64,000 bases of DNA from a virus. The stretch lies in IMG/VR virus record IMGVR_UViG_3300037722_001025, positions 1 through 64,000 of that record. One strand, written 5' to 3'. Both the position numbers and the translations under genes were made by a program. Position 1 is the first letter of the stretch, and each line of letters starts with the position of its first letter. Positions 18,962-28,744 of the stretch are shown in pieces. A model generated the notes under the pieces. The model did not search any database, was not told the DNA's origin, and worked only from the letters and a program-made list of their open reading frames with translations.

Positions 18962-19893
18962 ATCTTACATGCTAAAAAGCAGGCGTTATACAAAGCGGCT
19001 TTTCCAGAATACATAAAGCTTTCCGTAAAACAATCAATCACCGCAGAAGCTCTTTCTGCGTTAGCACCATCACTGTTATCACCAATCAGAACGGCAGCCA
19101 TATATCCCAAGATAGCATACCTCATCTTCTCAGGATCATCGGGAAGTCCTCGGAGAAGTCCCTTCATAGCTGACCATTTCTGCTTACTATCTGAGATAAG
19201 CAATTTACAGATGTCAATGCTTGCTGTTTGTGATGCGGTCGATTCGGAGATTGCTCGGAGAGCTTCTTCCTCATCAATAATGTCGATCACGCTGTCTAGC
19301 AGAATCATCGATTGGCGAGCACATCCCTCAGCAGCCTTCGTAATAGCGGCAATTACTTTGGGGGAGAAATCTTCGATACCTTCAGATTCGACAGTATCCT
19401 TAACGAGCTTAGAGATAACTGGGGCAGGTAGTTCTTTCACTTCAAACTGCATACACCGAGTCCTGATGGCTTTGATCATCTTTTCAGGGTCAGTAGTACA
19501 TAGAACGAAAAAGACATGTTTGGGAGTATCTTCGAGGATTTTGAGCAAGGCATTCTGTGCATCGTTAGTCATTTTGTGGCATTCATCAATGAGGTACAAC
19601 TTGTACTTACCACTCATTGCCGAGAATTGGGCATTCTGGGAAATCTCTCGAACCGTATCAATTCCTCTTGTGTTCGAAGAGTTGTATTCTTGGATATCGT
19701 TCTTGTGGCATCCTACCATTGTTGCAACAATTCTGCCTAAGGTAGTCTTACCACAACCAGAAGGACCTGTGAACAAGAACGTGCGGGGGATATCATCTGT
19801 TCTAGAAAGAACAGATTTGAGAGCCACTTTGATGCCTTCATTACCATAGAAAGTATCAAGACTATCTGGTCGTTTATCGATGTGCAGAGGCAT
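18958..19893 (-). CDS. dnaX: DNA polymerase III gamma/tau-like clamp loader
   Basis: RP, FTGPSGCGKTT, LIDECHKM, NALLKILED, IRTRC. Confidence 0.88.
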   Translation of the reverse strand: MPLHIDKRPDSLDTFYGNEGIKVALKSVLSRTDDIPRTFLFTGPSGCGKTTLGRIVATMVGCHKNDIQEYNSSNTRGIDTVREISQNAQFSAMSGKYKLYLIDECHKMTNDAQNALLKILEDTPKHVFFVLCTTDPEKMIKAIRTRCMQFEVKELPAPVISKLVKDTVESEGIEDFSPKVIAAITKAAEGCARQSMILLDSVIDIIDEEEALRAISESTASQTASIDICKLLISDSKQKWSAMKGLLRGLPDDPEKMRYAILGYMAAVLIGDNSDGANAERASAVIDCFTESFMYSGKAALYNACFLACKI

Positions 19894-20196
19894 TTTTACT
19901 CCTTATTTTCCTTTTTAGGTGTTTTACCATTAGGACAGGAACACTGTTTCACGAAGGTTTCCGTGTCCCAAATAAATTTATACCATTTTCCACATCCAGA
20001 ACACCGAGGTCTTGTGTAACCTGCCCTAGTTTTCATAGTTGAACTCCTTAATCAAGGACTTTCATTGTCATTCGATGACAAATGGGGTACCCTTTTCTTT
20101 GAGTTATGTTTTGATCCTGATATTTGGTTGTACCACAAACATCACAAATAAAGTTTTCGGGGTATTTTATCAAGGCTAATTTTATTTTTTCCAAAT

Positions 20197-20406
20197 CTAC
20201 TTCTTGCATTTATAGTTTCCTTTATCAATAGGACACCAATATGGACGATCATTCAAAGATACAGCCCTACCATAAATTCTATCTTTTACATAAGGTCGTT
20301 TTGTATGGGCAACAGGATGATCACAGTGAATGTGGGTAATACAATTTTTGCACCATGGGCAATCACCACAGAATATGATTGTTATTACAATTGGTTCTGG
20401 TTCCAT
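20197..20406 (-). CDS. Cys-rich hypothetical protein
   Basis: CxxC...C...PYWCP; SD AGGAG. Confidence 0.55.
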   Translation of the reverse strand: MEPEPIVITIIFCGDCPWCKNCITHIHCDHPVAHTKRPYVKDRIYGRAVSLNDRPYWCPIDKGNYKCKK

Positions 20407-20428
20407 ATATTTACTCCTCTATATTCTG

Positions 20429-20457
20429 ATGATAACATGAATCTGAAATAGCTTGAA
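20429..20457 (-). promoter_or_regulatory. class II (middle) promoter
   Basis: TTCAAG-17 nt (ending TGT)-TATCAT. Confidence 0.6.
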
Positions 20458-20461
20458 ATTA

Positions 20462-20737
20462 TTATCCAACAGCGATTCCTAATGATTCTAATATCCACCA
20501 AAATGATGTACAACCTAATTCAAAACCAAATCCTAACATAATACCTACACCTAGCCACAACAAAAGTAAAAAGGATCCCTTTTTAGATTTTGAAGATTTT
20601 ACAGGAGTACATATAGTACCTGAAGGAGAAAATTCACAAAATTCCTTACAAGTAGCATCCCTTACATGGGGAGTATTCCGATGGGTACAAGGTGAGTGTC
20701 CACAATACCATCGATCTTTACATTCTACTAATTCCAT
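20462..20737 (-). CDS. Cys/His-rich membrane-anchored protein
   Basis: N-terminal Cys/His domain plus C-terminal hydrophobic segment. Confidence 0.55.
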   Translation of the reverse strand: MELVECKDRWYCGHSPCTHRNTPHVRDATCKEFCEFSPSGTICTPVKSSKSKKGSFLLLLWLGVGIMLGFGFELGCTSFWWILESLGIAVG

Positions 20738-23390
20738 AATTGTAATCCTCTCTTGTTTCTTCTTTGGTAGCCCAGCTCTTATTGACTTCAGTTTGTTCCC
20801 ACTCTATGAGTAGTGGAACATTCAACCATTTGAGTTCTTCTCTTATTTCTACTGTAGCAATCCTGCTACTTAGTTCCATTAAATTATGTTGTTCAGGAGG
20901 AAAGCAGTCTGTTAGGCAACAGTCATGTATCTGACCGTTCATTTTAGAAAGCATCCTACGTCTTTTCATTTCCTTATTGATTCGATTGATTGCCCACATG
21001 AGACAATGAAATGCGGTTCCTTGAACAGGGTAGTTTACAACATCATTCCTTGTTAACCATCCACTACATCTGAATCCAAATAACTGCTCAATATAACCTT
21101 TTTCTAAGTAACTTTTCCAAGCCCATTCTTGCCACTTCTTGACTTCTTTAAACTTATGCCAGAATTTAGCCTCACATTGTTTGATGTGGGCTTCAAATTC
21201 CTCATAAGCTCTACCTCGATTTTTAATTATCCCCACAGCTTGTAGATGTTCAAATACTGTGATTCCTTCATAACATTCCATATCCATTACTTGGTTAAAC
21301 AAATTTCTTGCTACTGATCTCCAATAAGAACCATAGAACCAAGGGAAAGTAGCTCCGTTCTTAGCTTCAAATCGAATATCCTTAGCTTTCTTTTTAGGTA
21401 TAGTTTGCCACAAATCTCCAAACTTAAACAGATCAATAGCCATATCCCTATGCATGTCTGTTGAGGCGTCAAAGATGTATGACATAAGAACAGGATCTTT
21501 TGTGTAACAGGCAATGATCCGAACTTCCATCGCCCCATAATCCCAGTCAATTAGCTTATTACCTATGTAGTCAGGATAATCAGCACAACCCACATACTGT
21601 TCAATTATGGATGGTATTATGCCTGATCTAGTTATGTTCTTTGATTCTTCATCTCTTACAGGTATATTTTGGAAGTTGGGATTAGAGGACGATCCTCTGT
21701 AGGTAACTGGAACCAACAAATCGAAAAACGGGTGAATCTTTTCATCGTCCTCAATCTCCCTGAGAAATTGAGCAAGGTATGTACCTTGAATTTTCTCAAG
21801 CTTTGAAATCCTTGTAATCTCTTTTGCTATAGGGGTATCTAGTTGGGCAAGAACAGAGGCATCTACACTGGCGTTATCACCTGAGGTTTGTTTTGCACTT
21901 TCTAACCCTAAAACTTTAAAGAATAATTCTCTAAGATCATGATTGGAATTAAAATTGATTTGCCTACCTTTATACTTTTGAAACTTAATAGCTTCAGGAA
22001 ATTTATATAGTGCAGCCTGCATTTCAGCAATACGGGCAGTTAATATTTTATCTTGACTGATGTAGTACTCCCGATTCATTGTGATGCCATTCTCTTGGAT
22101 ATCACATAAAGTCGTGAGTCCTTCCATGAAGAAAGCCCTAGCTCCCTCAAAACTTTTAACTTTACCTATATCTTCTTCTTGTTCTTCTTGTAATCTGAAC
22201 CCTAACAGACTGTCAATACCACCGTACAGCAGAAGGTCATTTAATGGAGCTTCCATAATACGATTGAAAGAACTATCTTTACTGGTGGCTTTTATGTATT
22301 TCTCAACAGAGGCATCATAATTAGAAATCCCCCATCGAATAAAAGCTTGAAATTTTAATCCTGAAAATTTTGATCTGTTATCTAAAACATGTGCGGCTAT
22401 AGCAGTACACCACCACATGTTTGCAATATCAATCCCAAAGATTGCTCTAGTCCAAGTATCCTCAAACTTGCTATTGCAAGCTATCTTTTTAATTTTGGGG
22501 TGTTCCATGATTTGAATCCACAGATCACCTATATGATTTATTTGATCAGCAGTAAAATGGGTTCTATATTCATAAGGAAATGAAAAGGCTTTATCATAAT
22601 CATAACAAAAGCTAATGGTTGCTATTTTGTGACCTGTACGATGAGGCTTTAATCCCGTAGTCTCGTAGTCAAAAGCAAATTTAGAAGGGATGATCTTAAG
22701 GACATTTTCAAGTTCCCGAATAACATCTTGATAATTCTTCAAAATTGTTACATGTTTATTAATGGGCATGTGTTCAGGAGGGTCTGTAAACTTGGAACAT
22801 TTTATGGCAAAAGACAGATCACGGTCAAAAGTAGATGCTAAATGATCGTCTTTTTCATTCTTGAGTATGTAGGCGGGGTGATAAAGAGGAACTACCCATG
22901 CTTTCTTATCAGGATCTGGTATACACAAAGCTCTCCACAAAGTTACTGTAGAATCATAGCTTTCATTTATGAAATAGGAACCTATGGCTGTGTCCCCTAA
23001 CAGCCATATATGTAAGGGTTTTAGGTCATTGATTGACTTCATCAACCTATCCCTACAACACTTTATATGCTTCTTTGTAACTCCTCCTTCTGCGTGGCAA
23101 GCTACAGCGTTGATCTTCCAGCAATCCTTGTCAAAATCTATGCCTTTAGCTTTCAATTTATCTTTTAAGAAAATGCCAGATTTTCCTGACATTGGGATTC
23201 CAGATTGATCTTCTTTTTCCCCAGGTTCAGATCCTACAATCAGAATTCTCTTCTGACCTTCTCCTGTCACTTCTAATCGGGGACTTTTACACTTCTTGTA
23301 TAAACCACATTCTTGGCATTCCCCTATAACTCCATCTACACTAACAACATTCAATTGTTCAGGGGCAAAGAATCCTGTAATTTTTGCCAT
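20718..23390 (-). CDS. polA: family A DNA polymerase with N-terminal uracil-DNA glycosylase (family 4-like) domain
   Basis: CxxC/GSEPG/YHPAY UDG domain; FDYETTG 3'-5' exo; SSSNPNFQNIP; motif A DYGAMEVRI, B RFEAKN..F..FYG, C QIHD. Confidence 0.93.
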   Translation of the reverse strand: MAKITGFFAPEQLNVVSVDGVIGECQECGLYKKCKSPRLEVTGEGQKRILIVGSEPGEKEDQSGIPMSGKSGIFLKDKLKAKGIDFDKDCWKINAVACHAEGGVTKKHIKCCRDRLMKSINDLKPLHIWLLGDTAIGSYFINESYDSTVTLWRALCIPDPDKKAWVVPLYHPAYILKNEKDDHLASTFDRDLSFAIKCSKFTDPPEHMPINKHVTILKNYQDVIRELENVLKIIPSKFAFDYETTGLKPHRTGHKIATISFCYDYDKAFSFPYEYRTHFTADQINHIGDLWIQIMEHPKIKKIACNSKFEDTWTRAIFGIDIANMWWCTAIAAHVLDNRSKFSGLKFQAFIRWGISNYDASVEKYIKATSKDSSFNRIMEAPLNDLLLYGGIDSLLGFRLQEEQEEDIGKVKSFEGARAFFMEGLTTLCDIQENGITMNREYYISQDKILTARIAEMQAALYKFPEAIKFQKYKGRQINFNSNHDLRELFFKVLGLESAKQTSGDNASVDASVLAQLDTPIAKEITRISKLEKIQGTYLAQFLREIEDDEKIHPFFDLLVPVTYRGSSSNPNFQNIPVRDEESKNITRSGIIPSIIEQYVGCADYPDYIGNKLIDWDYGAMEVRIIACYTKDPVLMSYIFDASTDMHRDMAIDLFKFGDLWQTIPKKKAKDIRFEAKNGATFPWFYGSYWRSVARNLFNQVMDMECYEGITVFEHLQAVGIIKNRGRAYEEFEAHIKQCEAKFWHKFKEVKKWQEWAWKSYLEKGYIEQLFGFRCSGWLTRNDVVNYPVQGTAFHCLMWAINRINKEMKRRRMLSKMNGQIHDCCLTDCFPPEQHNLMELSSRIATVEIREELKWLNVPLLIEWEQTEVNKSWATKEETREDYNYGISRM

Positions 23391-23415
23391 TAGATAACAC
23401 CTTGTATTGTTTAGT

Positions 23416-23453
23416 GGAAAGAAAGGCCCCTGGACATATTAACCAGGGGCCTT
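23416..23453 (-). terminator. intrinsic terminator just upstream of polA
   Basis: 11-bp stem AAGGCCCCTGG / CCAGGGGCCTT followed by TCTTT on minus strand. Confidence 0.7.
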
Positions 23454-23557
23454 GAGGTATGACTAGCACTTTTGGGCTTGCCGATGGCTTATGCCATAAT
23501 CGCCCGATCCTTGACCCTTGATTAAGGGCCCTATGTACTCTATTTAGTTTGATTTCG

Positions 23558-23597
23558 GCCCCTCAGATCAATACTGGAGAATATCAACCTGAGGGGC
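23558..23597 (-). terminator. long hairpin after small ORF
   Basis: GCCCCTCAG...CTGAGGGGC stem extended by G-U pairs. Confidence 0.55.
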
Positions 23598-23602
23598 TAA
23601 AT

Positions 23603-23746
23603 CTAACCGTAATCATTTAACCAGATGATGCGCCAGGCCGAATAGGGAGGCATTGTTTTATTTTCAAGAAGGTTTACAAGTGGGATCCATGTTCTCTCCA
23701 GAAACATTATCCTAAAACCAAAAATGTCCCCAATGATTTTAATCAT
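23603..23746 (-). CDS. small protein (47 aa, not in ORF track)
   Basis: Extended SD AAGGGGGTGA; MIKIIGDIFGFRIMFLERTWIPL...; followed by a hairpin. Confidence 0.5.
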   Translation of the reverse strand: MIKIIGDIFGFRIMFLERTWIPLVNLLENKTMPPYSAWRIIWLNDYG

Positions 23747-23825
23747 CACCGTTGAAATTCACCCCCTTTCTTTAAAATTCATAAACTGAAGCAGGAATAG
23801 AAGGCCGAATTCAGTTTTCCGACGT

Positions 23826-24857
23826 TTATCCAGCTTCGGGCAAAGCCAGAATGTGGTAGAAGTTCTCCGACTCGAAAGAACCGCGGTTCTCAACAATGCA
23901 GAATGCGGTTGCATGTGAGAGAATCTGACAAAAGAATACAGGGTTAATGAGGAATTTTATGGTGGCACCCTCGTAGTCAGACTCCACCGTTTTAGTTATC
24001 CAACCACGTTCTTTTTCGGCTTTGCATACGATCCTCCCCTTTTCAATGCTAACAGAAATACACTTGTTGGTGTCTTCATCTCCGTCAGCAAGGGGAATGA
24101 TCGACAATACGTTTTCTTTCAGGTCTGATGGGAATGTGAGAATGGGTTCATTTTCAACAAATACTCCTTTGATTGCCTCGAACGGATAATCTCCTTTCAT
24201 TGTTTTGCAGTTAAAGGTGATACCATCAGCAGTTCGAAAATGAACCCAGTTTTCCGAAACACCGTATTCGATCACCTTGTACTTGATCAGATCAAGGGCA
24301 GCATGGGCAGGAAGCAGAAGGGTGTCCATCGGAGCTTCCATGATATAAGAACTTATGCGGAGATTGTCTGTTGTATATATCGCATCTCGTTCTATAGCAC
24401 AACACGAACGGACACCTGTGGTCAAGTCTTTCGCCGCAGAAAATGCGCAGAGATAAACCCCGTCAATAAAGTCTTTCGGTAGAGCTTTCCAGAAATTCTT
24501 ACCGATCATCTCTTGCTTGAGAGAATCAACCAGATGCAGGATCATGGCTGCTTCCCCTACAACAGTTGAAAGTGCGGCTTTCGTTTTCTTGGCTTTGATA
24601 TTCAGGTTATCATCTTCGAGGGTGATTTCAAATTCTGATTCGGTGATTTTATCCACGATCTTGTAAAAATCGTCACCTTTCACAGAGAAAGGGAATTCAC
24701 TTTTGAAAGGATGCATAACACTGATCTGGTCATTGAAGGTTACCACATCTTCACCAGTAAAGATAAAGTGGGCAGCCTGCTCTACAATCTCTTTCTTTGC
24801 CAGACCAGGCTTTACGAGGGAGAGCACCTTCAGCAATTCATTTTTGACGACCTTCAT
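23826..24857 (-). CDS. dnaN: DNA sliding clamp (beta-clamp-like)
   Basis: 343 aa; TTDNLRI, GDYP and INPVFF motifs; clamp loader encoded nearby. Confidence 0.75.
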   Translation of the reverse strand: MKVVKNELLKVLSLVKPGLAKKEIVEQAAHFIFTGEDVVTFNDQISVMHPFKSEFPFSVKGDDFYKIVDKITESEFEITLEDDNLNIKAKKTKAALSTVVGEAAMILHLVDSLKQEMIGKNFWKALPKDFIDGVYLCAFSAAKDLTTGVRSCCAIERDAIYTTDNLRISSYIMEAPMDTLLLPAHAALDLIKYKVIEYGVSENWVHFRTADGITFNCKTMKGDYPFEAIKGVFVENEPILTFPSDLKENVLSIIPLADGDEDTNKCISVSIEKGRIVCKAEKERGWITKTVESDYEGATIKFLINPVFFCQILSHATAFCIVENRGSFESENFYHILALPEAG

Positions 24858-25132
24858 TTTTGCTCCTTTACTTCAAATAGATGGTACACTAAAAACCCAT
24901 AATGTAATTGAAATGTTCCTATGTAATTCTTTTCCTTTATGCCTACGATTGGTTCACCAGTACCATGCACAACAAAACTTCGAAGCTCTTTGTCCTTTTC
25001 TGGATCGACTATCGCCCATAAATAAATCTTAGATCCTTGAACTTGGACTGTGAGAATTTGTGCTCCTTCTGGTATCTCAAGATTGAATCCACCTGGAAAT
25101 ACCTCATATTTCCAAATTTCCATTATTTCCAT
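24854..25132 (-). CDS. conserved phage protein (DUF7352-like)
   Basis: IWKY...LWAIVDP...GTG...YIGT...VYHLFE. Confidence 0.65.
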   Translation of the reverse strand: MEIMEIWKYEVFPGGFNLEIPEGAQILTVQVQGSKIYLWAIVDPEKDKELRSFVVHGTGEPIVGIKEKNYIGTFQLHYGFLVYHLFEVKEQK

Positions 25133-25176
25133 TATTTACTCCTTGTGTTTATCTTGTATTCATCTTGTCTATTTTG

Positions 25177-25205
25177 ATCATATCACGATTTTTGAAAACC
25201 TTGAA
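25177..25205 (-). promoter_or_regulatory. class II (middle) promoter
   Basis: TTCAAG-17 nt (ending CGTGA)-TATGAT. Confidence 0.7.
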
Positions 25206-25349
25206 ATTTTATTTTATTTTTGAATGCCTCTTTAAATCTATCTACTTTGTAAGACTCATAGCAAGGTTCATGAGCTACACCATACCCATTAATTGATACA
25301 CCTTCAGATACAGGTTTATCACAGACAAAACAAGTAGGTTCTTCAGGAT

Positions 25350-25898
25350 TCAACGTAACCATCCCCACCACAAATTAGGAAGAGAGTCAAAGTATTTAAC
25401 TTCGGGGTGAACCTGTTCCAGAATAACTTTTTTGACACCTTCAGCCCAGGACCAATCATGAAATACAACACAACATCCTGATTTCAACTTAGGTTCCCAA
25501 GACAACCAATCAACTGTGATTCCTTCTTCACTATGATCTCCGTCAAAGAAGATCATATCAATAACATGAGGAAAGGTCTTAGCAATATCCTCAGACAAAC
25601 CTATATGAGGAAATACCCGATCTTCAAAGTCCACTGTGTTTTCCAGAAATTCTCTGTAAACATCCTTTGCGGCTACATTATCCATAGCATCATTCATCCA
25701 AGTATCAACACAATGGATTTCTGCAGGATGCAAACCAGTAACCCCTTTAGCAAGAAAGCAGGCAGAAGCACCGAGATAGCTGCCTATTTCAACTATAACT
25801 GTAGGCTTTTTATGGCTGGAAGTGATAATTGAAGCTAATTCCTGTAATTTTGCTTTTTCAGAAATTGTTAGGTGGGTTGGAATTTCATGAGGATTCAT
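25350..25898 (-). CDS. class I SAM-dependent methyltransferase (Methyltransf_24-like)
   Basis: VEIGSYLGAS, CVDTW, FFDGDHS, VFHD. Confidence 0.85.
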   Translation of the reverse strand: MNPHEIPTHLTISEKAKLQELASIITSSHKKPTVIVEIGSYLGASACFLAKGVTGLHPAEIHCVDTWMNDAMDNVAAKDVYREFLENTVDFEDRVFPHIGLSEDIAKTFPHVIDMIFFDGDHSEEGITVDWLSWEPKLKSGCCVVFHDWSWAEGVKKVILEQVHPEVKYFDSLPNLWWGWLR

Positions 25899-25992
25899 TT
25901 GTTGTCATCCTCATTATCAAATCGAACCAACAATAATTCGCTCAACCCATATAAGAAAATACCTAAACCAGCTAGAAATACTCCCCACTCGA

Positions 25993-26175
25993 TCATTTGT
26001 TTTCTCCTTTAGGTTCGTCCCGAATGATGTCGATGACCGTCTTACAATACTTGGGAAAGAAATAGGTAATCAACCTGTTGTAATCAGAACCAGCCTTTAC
26101 AATATTGTCCACCATGACTTGTTCAGATTCCCGCTTCGTTAGTTGCGGGAAATTTCCAGCTAAATATATCTTCAT
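25993..26175 (-). CDS. small protein resembling the missing N-terminal segment of a DpdA/TGT barrel
   Basis: MKIYLAG...NRLITYF; SD GAGGAG; directly after dpdA. Confidence 0.45.
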   Translation of the reverse strand: MKIYLAGNFPQLTKRESEQVMVDNIVKAGSDYNRLITYFFPKYCKTVIDIIRDEPKGENK

Positions 26176-26188
26176 TTAGGGTTTCTCC

Positions 26189-27052
26189 TCAGAAAAGCCT
26201 TCCACACTTCTTATGCCAGGGCCAAGGCCACGGCTGTTGATATTTCTCAAGATCGAGGAAGTACAACAGGTTTGCATGGTCTCTTGTTCGATGATCATTG
26301 ATCAGTCCTGGAACAACTACAAACTCTATCGCCGTTTTCTGCTTGTTTGCCCAGCACTCGTATTCTTGCAATTCGTACCCTGGTTCTACAGGAATGATTT
26401 CAGACTCACCCACTGGTAAACCCTTAGCGGCAAAGTAAGCAAAGATAGCTTCTTGTTCCATCTTCGGAAGATTAGCAAAGTGGTGCGCTTCACCAACAGC
26501 TTTAGACCTCATAGACATCATAACAGTCATGGGAGGTTTATTGTACAACGCTCGACCTTGAAAGAATTTAGGTATAAGGACCATGCCAAAAAGTCCGTAT
26601 TTAACCCAGCTTGAACTGTCAACAGAGTACCAGGGATAAGTGACAACAAAGCTGGGTTTTGTGCATCCAAACCCATGCACTTTGTTTAGTGGATAATAGT
26701 CATTGCTCTTGGGACAAACAATGGAGAATATCTCATCAACCTGATACTGTAAGCTTGAGGAGCTAGTTTTTGCCATTCCCCCTACAGCGAAATAATCATA
26801 CTCCATAGCCATTCGAAGGTACTTCAAATCTTCTGAAGCATGAAATACAGGAAGAGGTTTTAGACCAGCAGCCTCCATAATTCTTTGATTCTTCCAAGTT
26901 CCTTCAGCGTCACCTATGACATCCAGTACAGCATAGACATCAAAAACATCGGAGTACTCCTTGATATATTCAATGTATGCACCTATATCAATAAGTTTAC
27001 CACTTGTCCAAGAACTATAGGCTCCCGAGTCAAGAAAGATAGATTTATTCAT
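26189..27052 (-). CDS. dpdA: DpdA-like DNA 7-deazaguanine transglycosylase (TGT fold)
   Basis: FLDSGAYS, LDVIGD, PVFH, AVGG, HGFG, SVDSSSW; clustered with folE/queCDE; start 27052 has SD AGGAG. Confidence 0.8.
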   Translation of the reverse strand: MNKSIFLDSGAYSSWTSGKLIDIGAYIEYIKEYSDVFDVYAVLDVIGDAEGTWKNQRIMEAAGLKPLPVFHASEDLKYLRMAMEYDYFAVGGMAKTSSSSLQYQVDEIFSIVCPKSNDYYPLNKVHGFGCTKPSFVVTYPWYSVDSSSWVKYGLFGMVLIPKFFQGRALYNKPPMTVMMSMRSKAVGEAHHFANLPKMEQEAIFAYFAAKGLPVGESEIIPVEPGYELQEYECWANKQKTAIEFVVVPGLINDHRTRDHANLLYFLDLEKYQQPWPWPWHKKCGRLF

Positions 27053-27596
27053 TTTTTCTCCTAAGAAGCACGGTATTTTGATAAGCAAATTCTCCATGTA
27101 ATTCCCTAGCTTTTTGATTGTATACTACCGCTGCTTCTTCTGGGGTTGTAAAGAAACCTAAATGATAATTGACCCCATCTTTTTGAATCTTTGCTCCCCA
27201 TTTAGAACTATTACTACTCTTGTAAACTCCTTTATAACCTGAGGTGTTATCCTTTCGTTTACCTACATTGCACATATTATCACTCCATGAACATATTCTT
27301 AAATTATCTTTTCTACAATCCAATCGGTTTCCATTTTTATGGTCTCCAAGAATTTCGTGATTTGATTGTAAATTTAAGATGAAGTTATGGAGTCGAAGTA
27401 ATGTTCTGCAACCTTTTATAGTTGTGCATGGATACTCACTGTTGATATACCATTGGTATAATTTGCATCTTTCTACATCTTCCACATCAATTAAAGCGTA
27501 ACCAGATACTTTACCATTTTGATAGTAGCACTCAATTTTACAAGTCTGTCCTTCAACTATGTATCTATTAGGAGTGAATTGATACCTATTTCCCAT
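27045..27596 (-). CDS. HNH-AP2 homing endonuclease
   Basis: DHKNGNRLDCRKDNLR; NTSGYKGV...HLG.F..EEAA..YN AP2 domain. Confidence 0.88.
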   Translation of the reverse strand: MGNRYQFTPNRYIVEGQTCKIECYYQNGKVSGYALIDVEDVERCKLYQWYINSEYPCTTIKGCRTLLRLHNFILNLQSNHEILGDHKNGNRLDCRKDNLRICSWSDNMCNVGKRKDNTSGYKGVYKSSNSSKWGAKIQKDGVNYHLGFFTTPEEAAVVYNQKARELHGEFAYQNTVLLRRKNE

Positions 27597-27670
27597 AATC
27601 TTTTAATTCCTAAAGAAAGGTTGAATAGGCACCAGAATCTAAGAAGATTGAGTGGTTCATTTTATTCCTT

Positions 27671-28075
27671 TCAGAAACAGAACCAGTATCCACAAGCCGG
27701 GCAATTTACTCCTTCACCCATGAGTTGATAAAGCTTTGAACCACATTCAGGACACTTATCAGAATCATCAATAGGAGTAGAGGGAAGTCCCACATGTTCC
27801 AACATTGACGGAGGCAACATCTTGTCATCAATCACTACATCATATTGAGGTTTATCCATAATTAAACGGGTATATTTCACTCCATACTTTCGGAGCCAAT
27901 CAGTCGTTTTTCCTCTATCTTCTTCAAACCGAGCAGTGAAAAGAAGAATACTGTGACCAGCATCAAACAGCCGATTTACTCCTGCTATGTGAGAAGGTTT
28001 AGGTGTTCTGTTTTCGTAATCCCAGCCCTCAGTTTCAATGGTTAGGGTACCATCAATATCAATGGCATAAATCAT
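27671..28075 (-). CDS. HAD-family phosphatase with C-terminal zinc ribbon
   Basis: DIDGT, FTAR, KP...IDDK; CPECG...CPACG. Confidence 0.8.
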   Translation of the reverse strand: MIYAIDIDGTLTIETEGWDYENRTPKPSHIAGVNRLFDAGHSILLFTARFEEDRGKTTDWLRKYGVKYTRLIMDKPQYDVVIDDKMLPPSMLEHVGLPSTPIDDSDKCPECGSKLYQLMGEGVNCPACGYWFCF

Positions 28076-28087
28076 TTTATAACTCCT

Positions 28088-28744
28088 TTATAAGTATCCT
28101 ATTACAGCATCCATTATGGACTTGTTTCTTTCGGGTATGTATTTACCTTCCTTAGCAGATTTGTAGTATTCCCGCAATAATTGTATGTTGTAAAATTCAA
28201 TAGTTCTTCCTGCATTCGTCAAAGCAACCCACTTTCGAAAACAAGAGGGACATTTACCACAATAATTTGTGGATTGTTCACTGTAGCAGGACACTGTCCC
28301 CCACAGCAAGTCAATTTGAGGGGTGACATTTTTATTATACCAGATGATAATTTCCTCTTTTGTCATGTTCCAGAAAGGACTCATGACAGTTATAACCCGA
28401 TCAGATAGCTTTGTGAGTATCTTAGACATATAGCGAAAAGCATCAGGAGTTTTGTCGGAGACATCATCTCCTTTGATCCCAGCTATCACTATGACATCAT
28501 CATACTTCGAAGCTTCCATCGCAAGGTAGAGATTGCGATAAGGAATGAAAGCTTTTTCCCCGATCTGATTTTTACCTAGGTGTCTCAAGGAATAATCAAG
28601 AATGATATTTGGATCTATTCTTTGAATCACCCTAATTTCTTTTTCTGTGTAAGGTGTATCTAAAGGAAAATAGATTGTTTTGGGTTTACCGAGATAATGA
28701 TAAGCTACGAATGAATCAATACCGCCCGACAAAAGAAGTATCAC
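28088..28744 (-). CDS. queC: 7-cyano-7-deazaguanine (preQ0) synthase
   Basis: LSGGIDS PP-loop, IPYRN, SP..TKEEI, SCY...CGKCPSC. Confidence 0.88.
   Translation of the reverse strand: MILLLSGGIDSFVAYHYLGKPKTIYFPLDTPYTEKEIRVIQRIDPNIILDYSLRHLGKNQIGEKAFIPYRNLYLAMEASKYDDVIVIAGIKGDDVSDKTPDAFRYMSKILTKLSDRVITVMSPFWNMTKEEIIIWYNKNVTPQIDLLWGTVSCYSEQSTNYCGKCPSCFRKWVALTNAGRTIEFYNIQLLREYYKSAKEGKYIPERNKSIMDAVIGYL

Noticed and set aside
27045-27070. C-terminal LLRRK of the HNH-AP2 protein as independent evidence for the RR tag
   Set aside because: AGG AGA here doubles as the Shine-Dalgarno of dpdA, so it is discounted as independent support.
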